A DNA stretch of 24,672 nucleotides from Chiloscyllium plagiosum (Eukaryota), in the NCBI RefSeq assembly GCF_004010195.1, contig NC_057718.1, positions 96,850,138 to 96,874,809 on the forward strand. Reading direction: 5' to 3'. The notes beneath the pieces were generated by a model. It was not told the DNA's origin. It did no database searches and saw only the letters and a program-made list of their open reading frames with translations. The position numbers and the translations under genes were made by a program. This document shows positions 1 to 10,747 of the stretch, in pieces; position 1 is the first letter of the stretch; each line of letters opens with the position of its first letter.

Positions 1-74
1 GCAAGGGGTTGGTCAATTCAGTCCCAGTCCTTGTCCACAGCACCTGCATGCTGTGTCTCCAATGCAATGGTCCC

Positions 75-432
75 TTATAGAGGTTTATAAAACCATGAGG
101 GGCATGGATAGAATAAACAGACAAGGTCTTTTCCCTGGGGTGGAGGAGTCCAGAACCAAAGGGCATAGGTTTAGGGTGAGAGGGGAATAAAAGTGACCTC
201 TGGGGCAACTTTTTCCACACAGAGTGTGGTACGTGTATGGAATGAGCTGCCAGAGGAAGTGGTAAAGGCTGGTTTAATTGCAACATTTACAAGGCATCTT
301 TGATGAGTAGGAAGGGCTTAGAGGGATATGGACCAAGTGCTGGCAAATGGGACTAGATTAATTTAGGATATCTGGTCAGCATGGACAAATTGAACCAAAG
401 GGTCTGTTTCTGTGCTCTAAGTCTCTGCAACT
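75..432 (+). mobile_element. CR1/HER1 LINE 3' fragment
   Basis: EVYKxMRGMDR...WNELPEEVV-type ORF2 C-terminus followed by the conserved tail (gaaccaaagggtctgtttctgtgct). Confidence 0.9.
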
Positions 433-623
433 CTTGAGTCAAGATACATTTACAAAAATAAATACAATGGCGTTGTAAGTGAAGATACAGGAATACAATT
501 ACGTGTGGCAGTGCTGCAGTTAGAGTCGCACCTCAAGGATGGTCATGTCACAGGACCAATTCCCATGAAATCATCCCGCTTCAGGGTCAGAAAACATTCA
601 GATCATTCAACCGATGATGTCCA

Positions 624-642
624 CAACACTAGGTGGCGCAAC
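624..642 (+). promoter_or_regulatory. Candidate CTCF binding site
   Basis: CAACACTAGGTGGCGCAAC resembles the CTCF core CC(A/G)C(C/T)AG(G/A)(G/T)GGCGC and sits in unique sequence with the CpG intact. Motif match only. Confidence 0.4.
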
Positions 643-676
643 TGTACACAGACTCAGCAGGAACTCCAGCCACGAA

Positions 677-876
677 ATAAAAACCAAAAGAAAATGTGGA
701 CGCTGGAAATCAGAAACAGAAGTTGCTGGAAAAGCTCAGCAGGTCCGGCAGCATCGGTGGAGAGAAATCAGACTTAATGTTTCGTGTCCGCTGTTCTGAG
801 GGAGGCTCACTCTGCTTTCTCTCTCCACAGACCCTGCCGGACCCGCTGAGCTTTTCCAGCAACTTCTGTTTTTGTG
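677..876 (-). mobile_element. Fold-back Penelope-like (pLTR-derived) mini-element, family C
   Basis: Inverted arms about 714-772 and 811-871 (aaacagaagttgctggaaaagctcagc / gctgagcttttccagcaacttctgttt). Degenerate hammerhead pieces lie at the centre. Same family as 12212-12402. Confidence 0.75.
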
Positions 877-1140
877 TGTATCCCTGGGCACACTCGCATA
901 TCCAACTGCAGTAGCTGCAACTTTGACTGAACCCTTGAAGTGACTGCTCTGAAGCGACTGGTGGCCGCTAATCCCAAACTGAGCCGCTTTCTTCAAAGAA
1001 TCACACGCTTTGAGTGTCTTTTTGGCCGGGGGGGAGGGGGGGGGGGGGTGGTGTGCAGAGTTAGCATGTTGGCATCAACAACTGAACAGGCCAATAGCCT
1101 ACTCTACAGCCAGAGTCTCAAGTCAAAGCACTGTTGTTAA

Positions 1141-1771
1141 CAGCATGGAATCAAACAGCACAGAAACAGACCCTTCGGTCCAACTCATCCATGCCGACCC
1201 AGAGATCCGAACCTAATCTAGTTCCACTTGCTAGCACTTGGCCCATATCACTCTAAACCCTTCCTATTCATACACCCATCTTTTAAGTGTTATGATGTGG
1301 AGCTGCTGGTGTTGGACTGGGGTGGACAATGTTAAAAATCACACAACACCAGGTTATAGTCCAACAGGTTTAATTGGAAGCACTAGCTTTTGGAGAGCTG
1401 CTCCTTCATCAGGTGGTTGTGGAGGACACAATTGTTAGACACAGAATTGCACACAATTTTGCTATAAATTCTGTGTCTTACAATTGTGTCCTCCACAACC
1501 ACCTGATGAAGGAGCGGCGCTCCAAGAACTATGCTTCCAAATAAACCTGTTGGACTATAACCTGGTGCTGTGCGATCTTTCACTTTTAAATGTTGTAATT
1601 GTACCAGCCTCCACCACATCCTCTGGCAGCTCATTCCATACCCGTACCACCCTCTGTGTGAAAAAAGTCACCCATTAGGTCCCTTTTAAACCTTTCCCCT
1701 CTCACCCTAAACCGATACCATCTAGTTTTGGACTCCCCTAGTCTGGGGAAAAGACCTTGGCTATTTACCCT
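1141..1771 (-). mobile_element. CR1/HER1 LINE 3' fragment interrupted by a Penelope-like insertion
   Basis: Reverse-complement CR1 tail at 1141-1291 resumes in register at 1583-1771. Confidence 0.9.
1292..1582 (-). mobile_element. Fold-back Penelope-like mini-element, family A, with two degenerate hammerhead motifs
   Basis: Inverted arms about 1332-1448 and 1467-1582. 12-bp TSD cttttaa(g/a)tgtt at 1280-1291 and 1583-1594. Each strand carries cacCTGATGAaggagc..gctcc with the GAAA mutated. Confidence 0.85.
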
Positions 1772-2384
1772 TTCTGCTGCATGCTTCCTCCTACAAATCA
1801 ACATTTCATTTTCTGAACAGCGTCTGTATCCACAAGCATTAAAAGAAAGCTTCTCGAAAATGCAGAGTCCGATTCAAACCCAAGTTTAAAAGATGTTAGT
1901 GTTTCCGCCTCTCTCTCTCTCTCTTCAAAAGGGCTGATTAGTAAGTTTAGGATCTTCAGCATCAAACCTACAGATGGCTTTCCCAACTTCTCGCAGAGCA
2001 GGAAACCACTGGGTACTCCATCCCCCACAATGAGGATTGCCTGGCCTCTCATTAAGGAGCTCTGAGGTCAAAACATTAACATGAAACAAAGCAGATGAGC
2101 TCACTTCCGGGAATGTGGGCATCACTGGCTGGCCCAGCTGTTACTCCCCTGTCCCTGGTGAGCTGCTCCAGTCCACGTGGTTCAGGAACACTCAGATCGA
2201 GAGGGAGGGTCAAGATCCTATCAGTGCAGGATGTGGCCCGATAGGTGTCTGACAAACGTCCAGTTTGTGTCACACCCCCCAGAGCCAGGCTTCCTGAAAA
2301 CAGATCACTCCCACCAGCTACTGGATGTGATGAATCCTAACACTGGGAGAAACATTATTAACGTCTCATTTTTCCCCATGGGTT

Positions 2385-2640
2385 AAGACTGTCATGGGCA
2401 AGGTCAGCATTCATTGTCCAGCCCTAATCGCAGAGTGCCCTGTGAGGGTAACTTCCAGGGGGCAACTCAAAAGCCAACCACATGGTTCTGGAGTCACGTG
2501 TAGGCCAGACCAGGTAAAGATGGCATGATTCCCTTCCCTATAAAGGACATCAGTGAAAAGGGCCTGGGCTTTCTACAACAATCATATCTGACCGTTGTCA
2601 TGGTCACCATTAAGGAGGTCAAGCTTTTAGTTACAGAGTC
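2385..2640 (-). mobile_element. Old SINE-like repeat (family not named)
   Basis: ctggagtcacgtgtaggccagaccaggtaaagatggca...taaaggacatcagtgaa is homologous to 14770-14925. A further fragment lies at about 2110-2180. Confidence 0.6.
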
Positions 2641-2810
2641 TATTCGTTTTCACCTCAGTTTCAGTTTCTCCTTTCTCCAGAAGGAGAAAGAAACAAATAA
2701 TTTGTGAGATACACCAGGAGACTAAACCTCACTCTCATCAACTTGTTCAAACAAAGGAACAGGTTCGAACCTGCTCCACCACTTAAGGAGATAAATATTG
2801 CCTTTATTAT

Positions 2811-3072
2811 GGGCAGCTCAGTGGTTAGCACTGCTGCCTCACAGGGCCAGGGACACGGGTTCGATTCCAGCCTCGGGCAACTGTCTGTGTGGAGCTTTCA
2901 CATTCTCCCCAGCGTCTGCGTGGGTTTCCTCCAGGAGCTCCGGTTTCCTCCCACAGTCCAGAGATGTGCAGGTTAGGGTGGATTGGCCATGCTACATTGC
3001 CCATGCTAAATAAGCCGTGGGAAACGCAGGCTTACAGAGATGGGGTGGGTCTGGGTGAGACGCTCTTCAGTG
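2811..3072 (+). mobile_element. HE1 (V-SINE) tRNA-derived SINE
   Basis: A box (gctcagtgg), B box (ggttcgattcc) and V-domain (tgtctgtgtggag...gggtttcctcc...cccacagtcca.agatgtgcaggttagg). 3' tail truncated. Confidence 0.9.
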
Positions 3073-3119
3073 TATTGGTCAATAGGCTGAATGGGGATTC
3101 GGTAGACTATTAAATATAG

Positions 3120-3215
3120 TCTTTAGGGGTAAAGGTTATGGGGAGAAAACAGGGAACAGCTGGATGACCATGCAGCAGGAACGGCTGAATGGCCTGCTCC
3201 TATCTCTATGTTTCT
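3120..3215 (+). mobile_element. Old CR1 3' tail fragment
   Basis: aaaggttatggggagaaaacaggga...ggctgaatggcctgctcctatctctatgtt. Confidence 0.65.
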
Positions 3216-4146
3216 TTGTCCAACAGAATCATAGCTGATCAAACACTTCAATACCTTCTGCCCACATTACTTCCACAACTCCCTTGGTGTACTGCAGAAT
3301 GGAGCTCCAGTATATTGGTTGGATGTTCTGTTGGTCTTTCCCTCCAGGTCCGGATTGTTTGCCCAATGTCATTACCACCACAGCACCACAATGTGCTTCC
3401 CACAAACCGCTACTGTATTTTAACAACAGGGAGTACGGCTCATTAAGGACGTTCTCAGCTGTGAAGCTGCTGGAGGGCACAATGAAACGCAACATAAATC
3501 CATGTTCTTTGCAGAACAGTTCCCTTGCACAAAGGCCTTCTAATTGTTGAGCCCGATCTGAACACAGAAACATCACCGTCCCCAGAATTTCCAATACAGC
3601 CTTGTCTAATTAAGCCAATATCACAAACAAGAGCAATTTGATCCTCAGTTTATATTTTGTACCAATTTATTTGAGATAAATCATAGGACATGTCCCAATA
3701 GTCTAAATGACATCAATACACTTTGAAAGATTTCTCTGGATTGTTACAGTCCGCTTACTTCATTATTTCACTAGCAAATAATTTTTTTTATTTTACAAGT
3801 GTTTACAAATGCAGTCTGATTAATATATTTTACTAAACAGGAGTTCCAGATTACAAAAACTGCATTTTCATAGCGTCTATTATGACCGCCTGCTTCAGAG
3901 CAATTTAAAATTCAAGCATCTGTGGAGTTGTGACCACAGTGGTAATGCAAGAAGTGCACACAACAAGCCCTCATGAGCAACCATGAGGTAAGCGTCATAG
4001 GGGTCGACAGCACAGGAACAGGCCCTTTGGTCCTACTTGCCCATGCCACCCTGTGCTAACCATGTGACAATGACCAGCTCAGTTGGTTGGACGGCTGGTT
4101 TGCGACGCAGAGTGCTGCTTACAGTGTGGGTTCGATTCTCACACCA

Positions 4147-4443
4147 GACCCTGACCAAGTGTTGCAGACCGGCACATTCCAAGGACCAGGACTACGTGCT
4201 GCAAGACACACTGAAGCTTGGGACAGCAGCCACCAATACGCAGTGGGGAAAGAAGTTAAATAGAGGCCTGTTCAGTTATCAGACCCTCCTGATGCCTCAA
4301 ATATATGTAAATATAATCTTGTTGAAGAAAGAAATGCCTTGGGTTTGTTTCCTTCATATACTACTCTACAGAACCGAACTGTTTCAGTAACAGTGTATGT
4401 GTAAGTATATTTATGAATAAAATATATTTTTGAAATACAAAAC
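4147..4443 (+). mobile_element. Tx1/L1-clade LINE 3' end
   Basis: Translates LTKCCRPAHSKDQDYVLQDTLKLGTAATNTQWGK, like a Tx1-type ORF2 C-terminus. It is followed by an AT-rich 3' UTR, AATAAA and a decayed A-tail. Confidence 0.7.
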
Positions 4444-4534
4444 GCTGAGTTAACCATGGAGCACTCTCCTTCTCCACCTCTCCCCCTCGCCTGAGACATG
4501 GCGACCCTCAGGTTAAACTCTCCACCAGTCGGGG

Positions 4535-5530
4535 ACATTTTTCACTTGAGCATGGGAGGTTGGGAGGTGACCTTGTTGAAGTTTATTAAATAATTAGGGG
4601 TACAGATAGAGTTAATGGTAATTATCTTTTCCCCAGGATGGGGGATTTCAAGACTCGGGGGAACATTTTTAAGGTGAAAGGAGAGAGATTTTAAAAAGAC
4701 ACAAGGGGTAAATTTTTTTTAAAACACAAATGGTGGCTCATGTATGGAATAAACTTCCTGAGGAAGTCAGCAACTTTTGTAGCTCAGATTGAGGTTCTGG
4801 ATGTAAGTTTGCTTGCTGAGCTGGAAGGTTCATTTTCAGACATTTCGTCATCATACTAGATAATGTCAACAGTGAGCCTCTGGTCAAGCGCTGGTGTTAT
4901 GTCCTGCTTTCTATTTAGGTGTTTAGGTTTCCTTGGGTTCGTGATGTCATTTCCTGTTCTTTTACTCAGCGGGTGGTAGATGGGGTCCAAATCGATGGGT
5001 TTGTTGATAGTGTTCCAGTTGGAATGAGGAAGGACACCACTTCGACTGGGACAACACATCCATCCTAGGACAAGCCAAACAAAAGACACGCACAAGAATT
5101 CCTAGAAGCAAGGCATTCCAACCGGAACTCGATCAATAAACACATCGATTTGGATCCCAGAAAAACAACCGGAAGTGGCATCACCAACACAGGAAATGAC
5201 ATCACTAACCCAAAGAAAGTTGAACACAAACAGAAAGCGGGACGTGACACCAGCGCTTCACCGGAGGCTCACTGATGAGGTTTTCTGATATGGTGACGAA
5301 GCGTCTGAAAACAAACCTTCCAGCTCAGTGAGCAAACCTACATCCAGACTGAGGAAGGGATGGATGTGGGTACAATTACAATGTTTAAAAAGATATTTGG
5401 ATAGGTACATGAATACGAAAGATTTGGAGGGACATGGGCCAGATGCAGGCAAGTGGGACTAGTACAGTTTGGGAGTGTGTTTAGCATGGGCTGGTTGGGC
5501 TGAAGGGTCTGGCTCCATGCTGCATGACTT
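4535..5530 (+). mobile_element. CR1 LINE 3' fragment interrupted by a Penelope-like element
   Basis: GGDLVEVY...WNKLPEE breaks at 4766 and resumes at 5349, continuing to the conserved tail. Confidence 0.85.
4767..5348 (-). mobile_element. Fold-back Penelope-like element, family B (GIY-YIG C-terminus plus pLTR in both orientations)
   Basis: 9-bp TSD ctgaggaag at 4758-4766 and 5349-5357. The plus arm translates EEGHHFDWDNTSILGQAKQ/RHAQEFLEARHSNRNSINKHIDLDP (one frameshift). The minus arm is its inverted partial copy. Degenerate hammerhead CTGATGA...GAAGCGTC at about 5272-5305. Confidence 0.85.
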
Positions 5531-5565
5531 GTGCTCCTCTGGGACTATAGCAACGTTACCTTTTC

Positions 5566-5812
5566 AATAACCAGCCAGCCTGTTTTGGTGATGGTGAAAT
5601 AATCATTGGTTGAGATTCTGGGGATAAATCCCCCTCTCCCAACCTTACCTCTTGTTCGAAACAGTGCTAAGGGATTCTTTACATCAACTGGAGAGCGTAC
5701 AGGCCCTCCGTTCTCTAACCTGAAAGACTGCCCCTTCTATACAGCAGTGCTCCCTGACTTGCAATGTACCACCTCGGTTTTTATACTCGAGTGCCTGGAG
5801 TGACACTTCAAG
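5566..5812 (-). mobile_element. Deu-domain SINE (SacSINE1-like), decayed; probable 3' part at about 3915-3991
   Basis: cttgttcgaaacagtgctaagggattctttacatcaactggagag resembles the reverse complement of the Deu domain (AAAGATCCCATGGCACTATTTCGAAGAAGAG). Recognised from memory. Confidence 0.6.
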
Positions 5813-6109
5813 CAGGATAGTTTTCTGCAAATTCATTTCTTAAATTAACCCAATTGACACAAACATGTTCCATCAACTGAAGTGCACATATTAAGATTTC
5901 CTCTTTTTCTACAGTAGATTCTCAAGACTGATTAGACTAATTTGCTCATCCAGATTCTAAGAGACGCTGTATGGTGCAGATTACAGCAAAGTTATTCCTT
6001 CTGCAACGTACAAGGTTTTGCAACGATTAGCAAGCCCGGATACTTTCCGATTCAAGTTGTGATTTTATCAAGTTGGTTCTTGTCAGCGGGACTGTCATTC
6101 TGAAGGTCT

Positions 6110-6620
6110 CAGAGTCATACAGCACGGAAACAGACCCTTCGGTCCATACAGACCCTAATCCCAAACTAAACTAGTCCCACCTGCCTGTTCCTGGCCGATA
6201 TCTCTCTAAACCTTTCCTATACATGTATCCATCCAAATGTCTTTTAAATGCTGTAACCGTACCCATGTCCACCACTTCCTCTGGTAGTTCATTCCACACA
6301 CGAAAAGATGTGCCCCTCATGTCCTTTTTAAATCGCTCTTCTCCGACCTTAAAAATGTCTCTCCTGTCACCCCCCCTAGTCTTGAACTCTCCCATCCGAG
6401 GGAAAAGACAACTACCATAAACTCTATCCATATCCCTCATTAATTTATAAACCTCTGTAAGATCACCCCTCAACCTCCTACACTCCAGTGAAAAGAGTTC
6501 CAGCCTTTCTTTATAACTCAAACATTCCATTCCTGGCAACATCCTGGTAAATCTCTTCTGAACCCTCTCCAGTTTAATAATTTCCTTCCTATAAACGGGT
6601 GACCAGAATTGGCTCTGACA
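6110..6620 (-). mobile_element. CR1 LINE 3' fragment
   Basis: ORF 6171-6677: QFWSPVYRKEIIKLERVQKRFTRMLPG...WNELPEEVV. Confidence 0.92.
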
Positions 6621-6914
6621 GTGGCATGCACTGTGTTTGAAAGGGATGGAATCAAACTGCAAGTACACACATTGCAAACAATGAAAGATTTCAAAAGGTA
6701 AGTGGTTGGTTTGCCATTTTGGTCAGACAAATAAGACAATTTATCATGCAAAGTGGAGAGAAACGTGAAAATACTTCGGTGTTGAGGGATCAGGCTGTCC
6801 CTCAAAGTTACAGCAGGTGAAAAGGAGGAATTATATTGCTAAAGGAATGGAATATAAAAGTAGGAAGTGCGCCTGCAACTGTACAAGGCAACGAGGAGAT
6901 GGTACCTACAATAG

Positions 6915-7352
6915 AGACAGAATTCTACAGCATGGAGACAGACCCTTTGGCCCAAACTGGTCCATGCTGACCAAAATGTCTGTCCACACTAAACCCATTT
7001 CCCTGCACTTGGCCCATATCCTTCTAATCCTTTCCAACACATATCTTTCCAAATGCCTTTTAAACGTTGTTAATGTACCAGCCTCAAACACTTCCACTGG
7101 CAGCTCATTCCGTATGTGTGCCACCCTCTGTGTAAAAAATGTTGCCCCTCAGGTTCCCTTTTATTCTTTCCCCTCTAACCTTAAACTGATGCCCTCTAGT
7201 CCACAATTCCCCAACCCTGGAAAAAAGACAGAGCATATTCACCCTATCCATGCCTCTCAATTTTATACACTCCTATAAGATCCCCCTTCAGTCTCCTACG
7301 CTCTAAAAGAAAAACGTCCTAGCTTGTCCAACCTCTCCTTATAACTCAGACC
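6915..7352 (-). mobile_element. CR1 LINE 3' fragment
   Basis: LSYKERLDKLG...NELPVEVFEAGTLTTFKRHL plus the tail on the minus strand. Confidence 0.9.
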
Positions 7353-7354
7353 AA

Positions 7355-7755
7355 ATCTGGGGATGATTTCCCTGAGCGTCAGAGGCTGAGGGGTGACCTG
7401 ATAGAGGTTTATAAAATCATGAGGGGCATGGATAGGGTAAATAGACAAAGTCTTTTCCCTGGGGTGGGGGAGTCCAGAACTAGAGGGCATAGGTTTAGGG
7501 TGAGGGGGGAAAGGTATAAAAGAGACCTAAGGGGCAACTTTTTCACACAGAGGGTGGTACGTGTATGGAATGAGCTGCCAGAGGAAGTGGTGGAGGCTGG
7601 TACAATGACAACATTTAAAAGGCATCTGGATAGGTTTATGAATAGGAAAGGTTTAGAGGAATATGGGCCAGGTGGGACTAGATTGGGTTGGGATATCTGG
7701 TCAGCATGGATAGGTTGGACCGAAGGGTCTGTTTCCATGCTGTATATCTCTGTGA
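7355..7755 (+). mobile_element. CR1/HER1 LINE 3' fragment (little decayed)
   Basis: MRGMDRVNRQSLFPGVGESRTRGHRFRVRGERYKRDLRGNFFTQRVVRVWNELPEEVV plus the tail. Confidence 0.93.
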
Positions 7756-8033
7756 TTAGATTATATTCCCCAGAGTGTGGAAACAGGCCCTTCAGCCCAA
7801 CAAGTCCACACCGACCCTCCGAAGAGTAACCCACACAGACTCATTCCCCTCTGACTAATGCACCTAACACTATGGACGATTTGGCATGGCCAATTCACCT
7901 GCCCTGCACATCTTTGGACTGTGGGAGGAACCTGGAGGAAACACATGCAGCCACGGGGAGAATATGCAAACTCCACACCCGAGGCTAGAATTGAATCTGG
8001 GACCCTGGTACTGTGAGGCAGCAGTGCTAACCA
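7756..8033 (-). mobile_element. HE1 (V-SINE)
   Basis: Reverse complement of tRNA head, V-domain and CR1-shared tail (gtggaaacaggcccttcagcccaacaagtccacaccgaccc). Confidence 0.9.
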
Positions 8034-8035
8034 GC

Positions 8036-9681
8036 ACAGATGTGAGGCTTACTGACCCATGGTTCCCAGGCTTTCCTTTGTAGCCCTACCTGAATAATGG
8101 CACAATCTTCACTACCCTCCAGTCTTCCAGTATCTCACCCGTGGTCAAAGATGATGCAAAAATATCAGCCAGGGCTCCCACAATTTCTTCTCTGACCTCT
8201 TGCAGCGTTCTTGGATATATATCTGATCAGGACCAGGAGGTTTATCCACCTTCATACATTCTAATACATCGACTGAGATATGGACTGTCCCCAAGGTCAC
8301 ACCACTAACCTCCCCTAGTTCTCAAATCTTCATGTTTGTCTCCACGATAAAGAGAGAAATATTCATCGAGAACATTGCCCATATCCTGCAGTTCTACACA
8401 CACACACACACGTGTCCACTTTGATCCTTGAGGGGCCCTATTCTCTCTCTCTCTTTAGTATATTTTTCTTTAAATATACTTTAAAAACCTCCTTGGATTC
8501 ACCCTAATCTTCTCAACCAAGGCTATCTCGTGCCCCATTTTCGCCCTCCTGATTTCCTTCGGTAAACTCCTATATTCCCTGTATACCTCCAGGGGATTCC
8601 CGTGATCCCAGCTGCCTGTACCTGAGCCAAACCTCCTCCTTTTTTCTGGTCAAAGCCTCAATATCTCTTGTCATCCAGGGTTCCGTATTCCAGTCAACCT
8701 TGCCCTTCACCCTCACAGGAATATATAGACCTTGAACTCTAGCTATCTCACTTCTAAAGGCCTCCCACTTGCCAGAGGTCCCTTTGCCTGCAAACAAACT
8801 ACTCCAATCAATTCCTGCAAGCTCCTATCTAATTCCAGCCTTGCCCCAATTTAGAACTTGAAGCTGTGGACCAGTTTTGTCCCTCTCCATAACTATTTTA
8901 AAATTAATAGAACTATGGTCACTGGTCCCAAAGTGCTCCCTGTCACCTCCCTCACCTGTCCTGCCCTATTTCCCAAGAGTAGGTCGAGTTTTGCTCCTTC
9001 CTGAGTAGGACCCTCTATATGCTGCTTGAGGAAACTTTCCTGAACGCACTTAACAAATTCCACTCTGTCTGAGCCCTTAACGCTATGGCAGTCCCAGCCT
9101 ATTTTAGGAAAATTTAAATCCCCTGCTATGACAACCCAATTGCTTCTGCAAGTCTCCCCAGTCTCCTTGCATATTTGTTCCTCTAATTCCCATTCACTAT
9201 TTGGGGGCCTGTAGTACAATCTCAATGTCACCGTCCCCTTCTTATTTCTCAGCTCCACCCATAAAGCCTCACTGGATGATCCTTCATCTCTGATTACTGC
9301 TGTGATACTCGCGTTAATCAGAAATGTAACTCCCCCTCCCCTCCTTCCTCCACCTCTGTCCTGCCTAAAGCACCTGTACCCGGCACATGAAGCTGCCAGT
9401 CCTATCCCTCCCTTAGCCATGTTTCTGTAATCCCAGTCCCATGTACCTATCCACGCTCTCAGTTCATCGCCCTTACCTGTCAGCCCTCTTGTATTGAGGT
9501 CGATGCAATTTAATCCAACAGGCTCCCTGCCGTGTTCCAGCCTGACCCATCTCTTTAACTTAGTATTTCTGATGACTGTATCTCCTTCCAGCCTCACACT
9601 TGCCTCCCTGCTGTTGAGGATCCCTACCCGCTGCCAATCTTGTTTAAACCCTCCCTTGCAGCACGAGCAAACCTTGCTGCC
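8036..9681 (-). mobile_element. CR1 LINE internal fragment: ORF1 end, AP-endonuclease domain and linker (frameshifted)
   Basis: AARFARAAREGLN-like ORF1 end, then LNTRGLTGKGDELRAW, RQDRGGGRRGGGV, YYRPPNS, AGDLNFP, PTQEGAKLDLLLGN and PWMTRDI. Confidence 0.92.
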
Positions 9682-9875
9682 AGTTCTGTTCTCCTTAATA
9701 GAGGAAGAGTTTAACTGCATCCGAGGCAGCTCAGAGAAGACTCAACTAGATTAATTCCAGAGGTGAAAGGATTGTCAAATGAGGAGAGATTGAGCAGATC
9801 GGAGATATTCTCAGTCATGTTTAGAAGAATGAGAGGAGATCTTACTGAGCTACATGAGATGCTGAAGGGGATTTA

Positions 9876-10034
9876 CAGAGGAACCTTGATTATTCAGCAT
9901 TTGATTATCTGAATTTCGGATTATCCAGCAAGATTGAAAGATCCCGATGCTCGGCAAAACTATGTTATCCGGCATTCAATTAACCTATCAAAATTCTCCC
10001 CGCCAGTGTCCTTTGGATATTGGAGTTTCCTCTG
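9876..10034. mobile_element. Tc1/mariner (Tigger/pogo-like) MITE, 159 bp
   Basis: TA|CAGAGGAACCT...AGTTTCCTCTG|TA: terminal inverted repeats starting CAG and a TA target duplication (9874-75, 10035-36). It interrupts a CR1. Confidence 0.8.
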
Positions 10035-10747
10035 TAGATGGAGACAGGATGTTTCCCCTTGTGAGGCAACCTAGAATGACAGGTCCTAGGTTTCAGAGGG
10101 GTGGCAGATTTAAAGCACAGATGAGGAGGAATTACTTCTCTCACAACGGGTCATGAATCTGTGGAAGAGTGTAGTGAATAAACTGGAGGAGGAGATAGGC
10201 AGAAGTTTAATGAGTAAAGGGAATCAGATGGGAAAGGGAGGGAGGAGCTGGGGGGTGTGGGGCAGTGCATCGCAAGGGATAGCCACTGCCCTATGCCAGC
10301 TTCCTCAATCGGGCACAAGTGCCTTTTGGAAGAAGGAATCCACTCTCCCCACTTCTGCTCACAGCCAGTCCACAGTGGTCTGGTTGCTTGTGGACATCCT
10401 TTGGTGAAGACCGGTCCAGCTGCTGTTGGGTTAATATTGACCATGGTGGCATTAATTGTCCATTTAGGACCTTCATTGGCAACTGACAGGATGCCCTCCA
10501 TTTTGACAGAAGCAGGATGGTGATGGGTTCATTCTCAAAGCACCCTTCCACCTCCAAACGTACCACACTACAGCGCAGACGATATTAGCTGCTTTATGGA
10601 GTGCCCTCTGTAGCTTAGACGTGAGCACTTCCCAAACCTGGGTACACCTTTGAACAAAAATCAAATACTAAACTGCAGTGTTAAGCAATGTACTTTTCAG
10701 CTTTGAACATTGTCTTCCTCTACACGCGGTACCAAGGAACAGCGATT

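Larger units (their letters stand above)
4072..5563 (+). mobile_element. tRNA-derived SINE split into three pieces (4072-4146, 4444-4530, about 5535-5563)
   Basis: The pieces align co-linearly with the uninterrupted copy at 10875-11104 (agctcagttgg A box, ggttcgattc B box, cctcaggttaaac, gggactatagcaacgttacc). Confidence 0.75.
6690..10220 (+). mobile_element. Old CR1 LINE split into 6690-6905, 9676-9875 and 10035-10220 by younger insertions
   Basis: YIAKGMEYKSR...LYKA before the break. Decayed QFxSP..EAAQRRxTRLIP follows, then RMFPLVRQPRMTG..FKAQMRRNYFS. Co-linear with CR1 ORF2. Confidence 0.7.

Noticed and set aside
8893..9720. Longest ORF (275 aa) as a host nuclease gene
   Set aside because: It is a frameshifted CR1 AP-endonuclease relic.
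10461..10490. Plus-strand peptide LGPSLATD, matching my recollection of the human TMX1 C-terminus
   Set aside because: It is on the opposite strand to the TMX exon, has no preceding acidic tract or RQR motif and no stop at the expected place, and lies in what looks like an old repeat. Treated as coincidence.
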